DNA of 64,000 bases, taken from Mustelus asterias (lineage: Eukaryota). How positions within the stretch are numbered: the first letter of the stretch is position 1; each line of letters starts with the position of its first letter. The notes under the pieces were generated by a model. The model did no database searches and was not told the DNA's origin. It saw only the letters and a program-made list of their open reading frames with translations. The DNA is taken from NCBI RefSeq assembly GCF_964213995.1, contig NW_027590122.1:806001-870000 (forward strand), given 5' to 3'. This document shows, piece by piece, positions 63,781 to 64,000 of this stretch. The translations under genes were made by a program, and so were the position numbers.

Positions 63781-64000
63781 CTCAGATTACTACAGCAGAT
63801 ATGCATTGTTCTGACTCGAGCAGCCGGGCTGTGGAATTAATTGGATAGATCTTCCAGAGAGCCTGCAGAGACATAATGGGCCAAATGGTTTCTATTTATG
63901 CTGTATCATTCTCTAAAAGAGTGAATATTCAGTATCAGGGACAGAGAGAAGAACCAGTGACTGTGCGATTGAACCCAGCCAGAATCAGCACCATAAAGGG

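Overview
Eukaryotic window, almost certainly from a cartilaginous fish (shark): it carries NAR-TCR segments, HE1-type SINEs, CR1 LINEs, and KRAB-less C2H2 arrays starting MEKPWKC. Bases ~6-33 kb are part of a TCR alpha/delta V-gene cluster. It contains two NAR-TCR cassettes (IgNAR-like V - J - leaderless supporting Vdelta) arranged tail-to-tail as a ~10.5 kb inverted duplication, four conventional TCR V segments (one fully intact) and an embedded two-exon GPR139/142-like GPCR. Bases ~37-62 kb are a C2H2 zinc-finger cluster organised as head-to-head pairs around duplicated CpG-island promoters. Two observations stand out. (1) The NAR-TCR V is followed by a pre-formed CDR3 (QHWYYAHGT) and a 12-spacer RSS facing a 23-RSS J, with no D between them, i.e. 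an apparent germline V-D fusion shared by both copies and predicting a semi-invariant NAR-TCR. (2) The centre of the inversion holds a 61-bp-period array of five 23-spacer RSSs, two of them perfect-consensus orphans behind a dead V, which could act as a RAG deleting/decoy element. Other items: Penelope-type minimal hammerhead motifs, a CR1 3'UTR insert with a nested stem-loop, a Copia-type LTR relic and a perfect 47-bp palindrome. All calls come from reading the sequence; no database searches were run.
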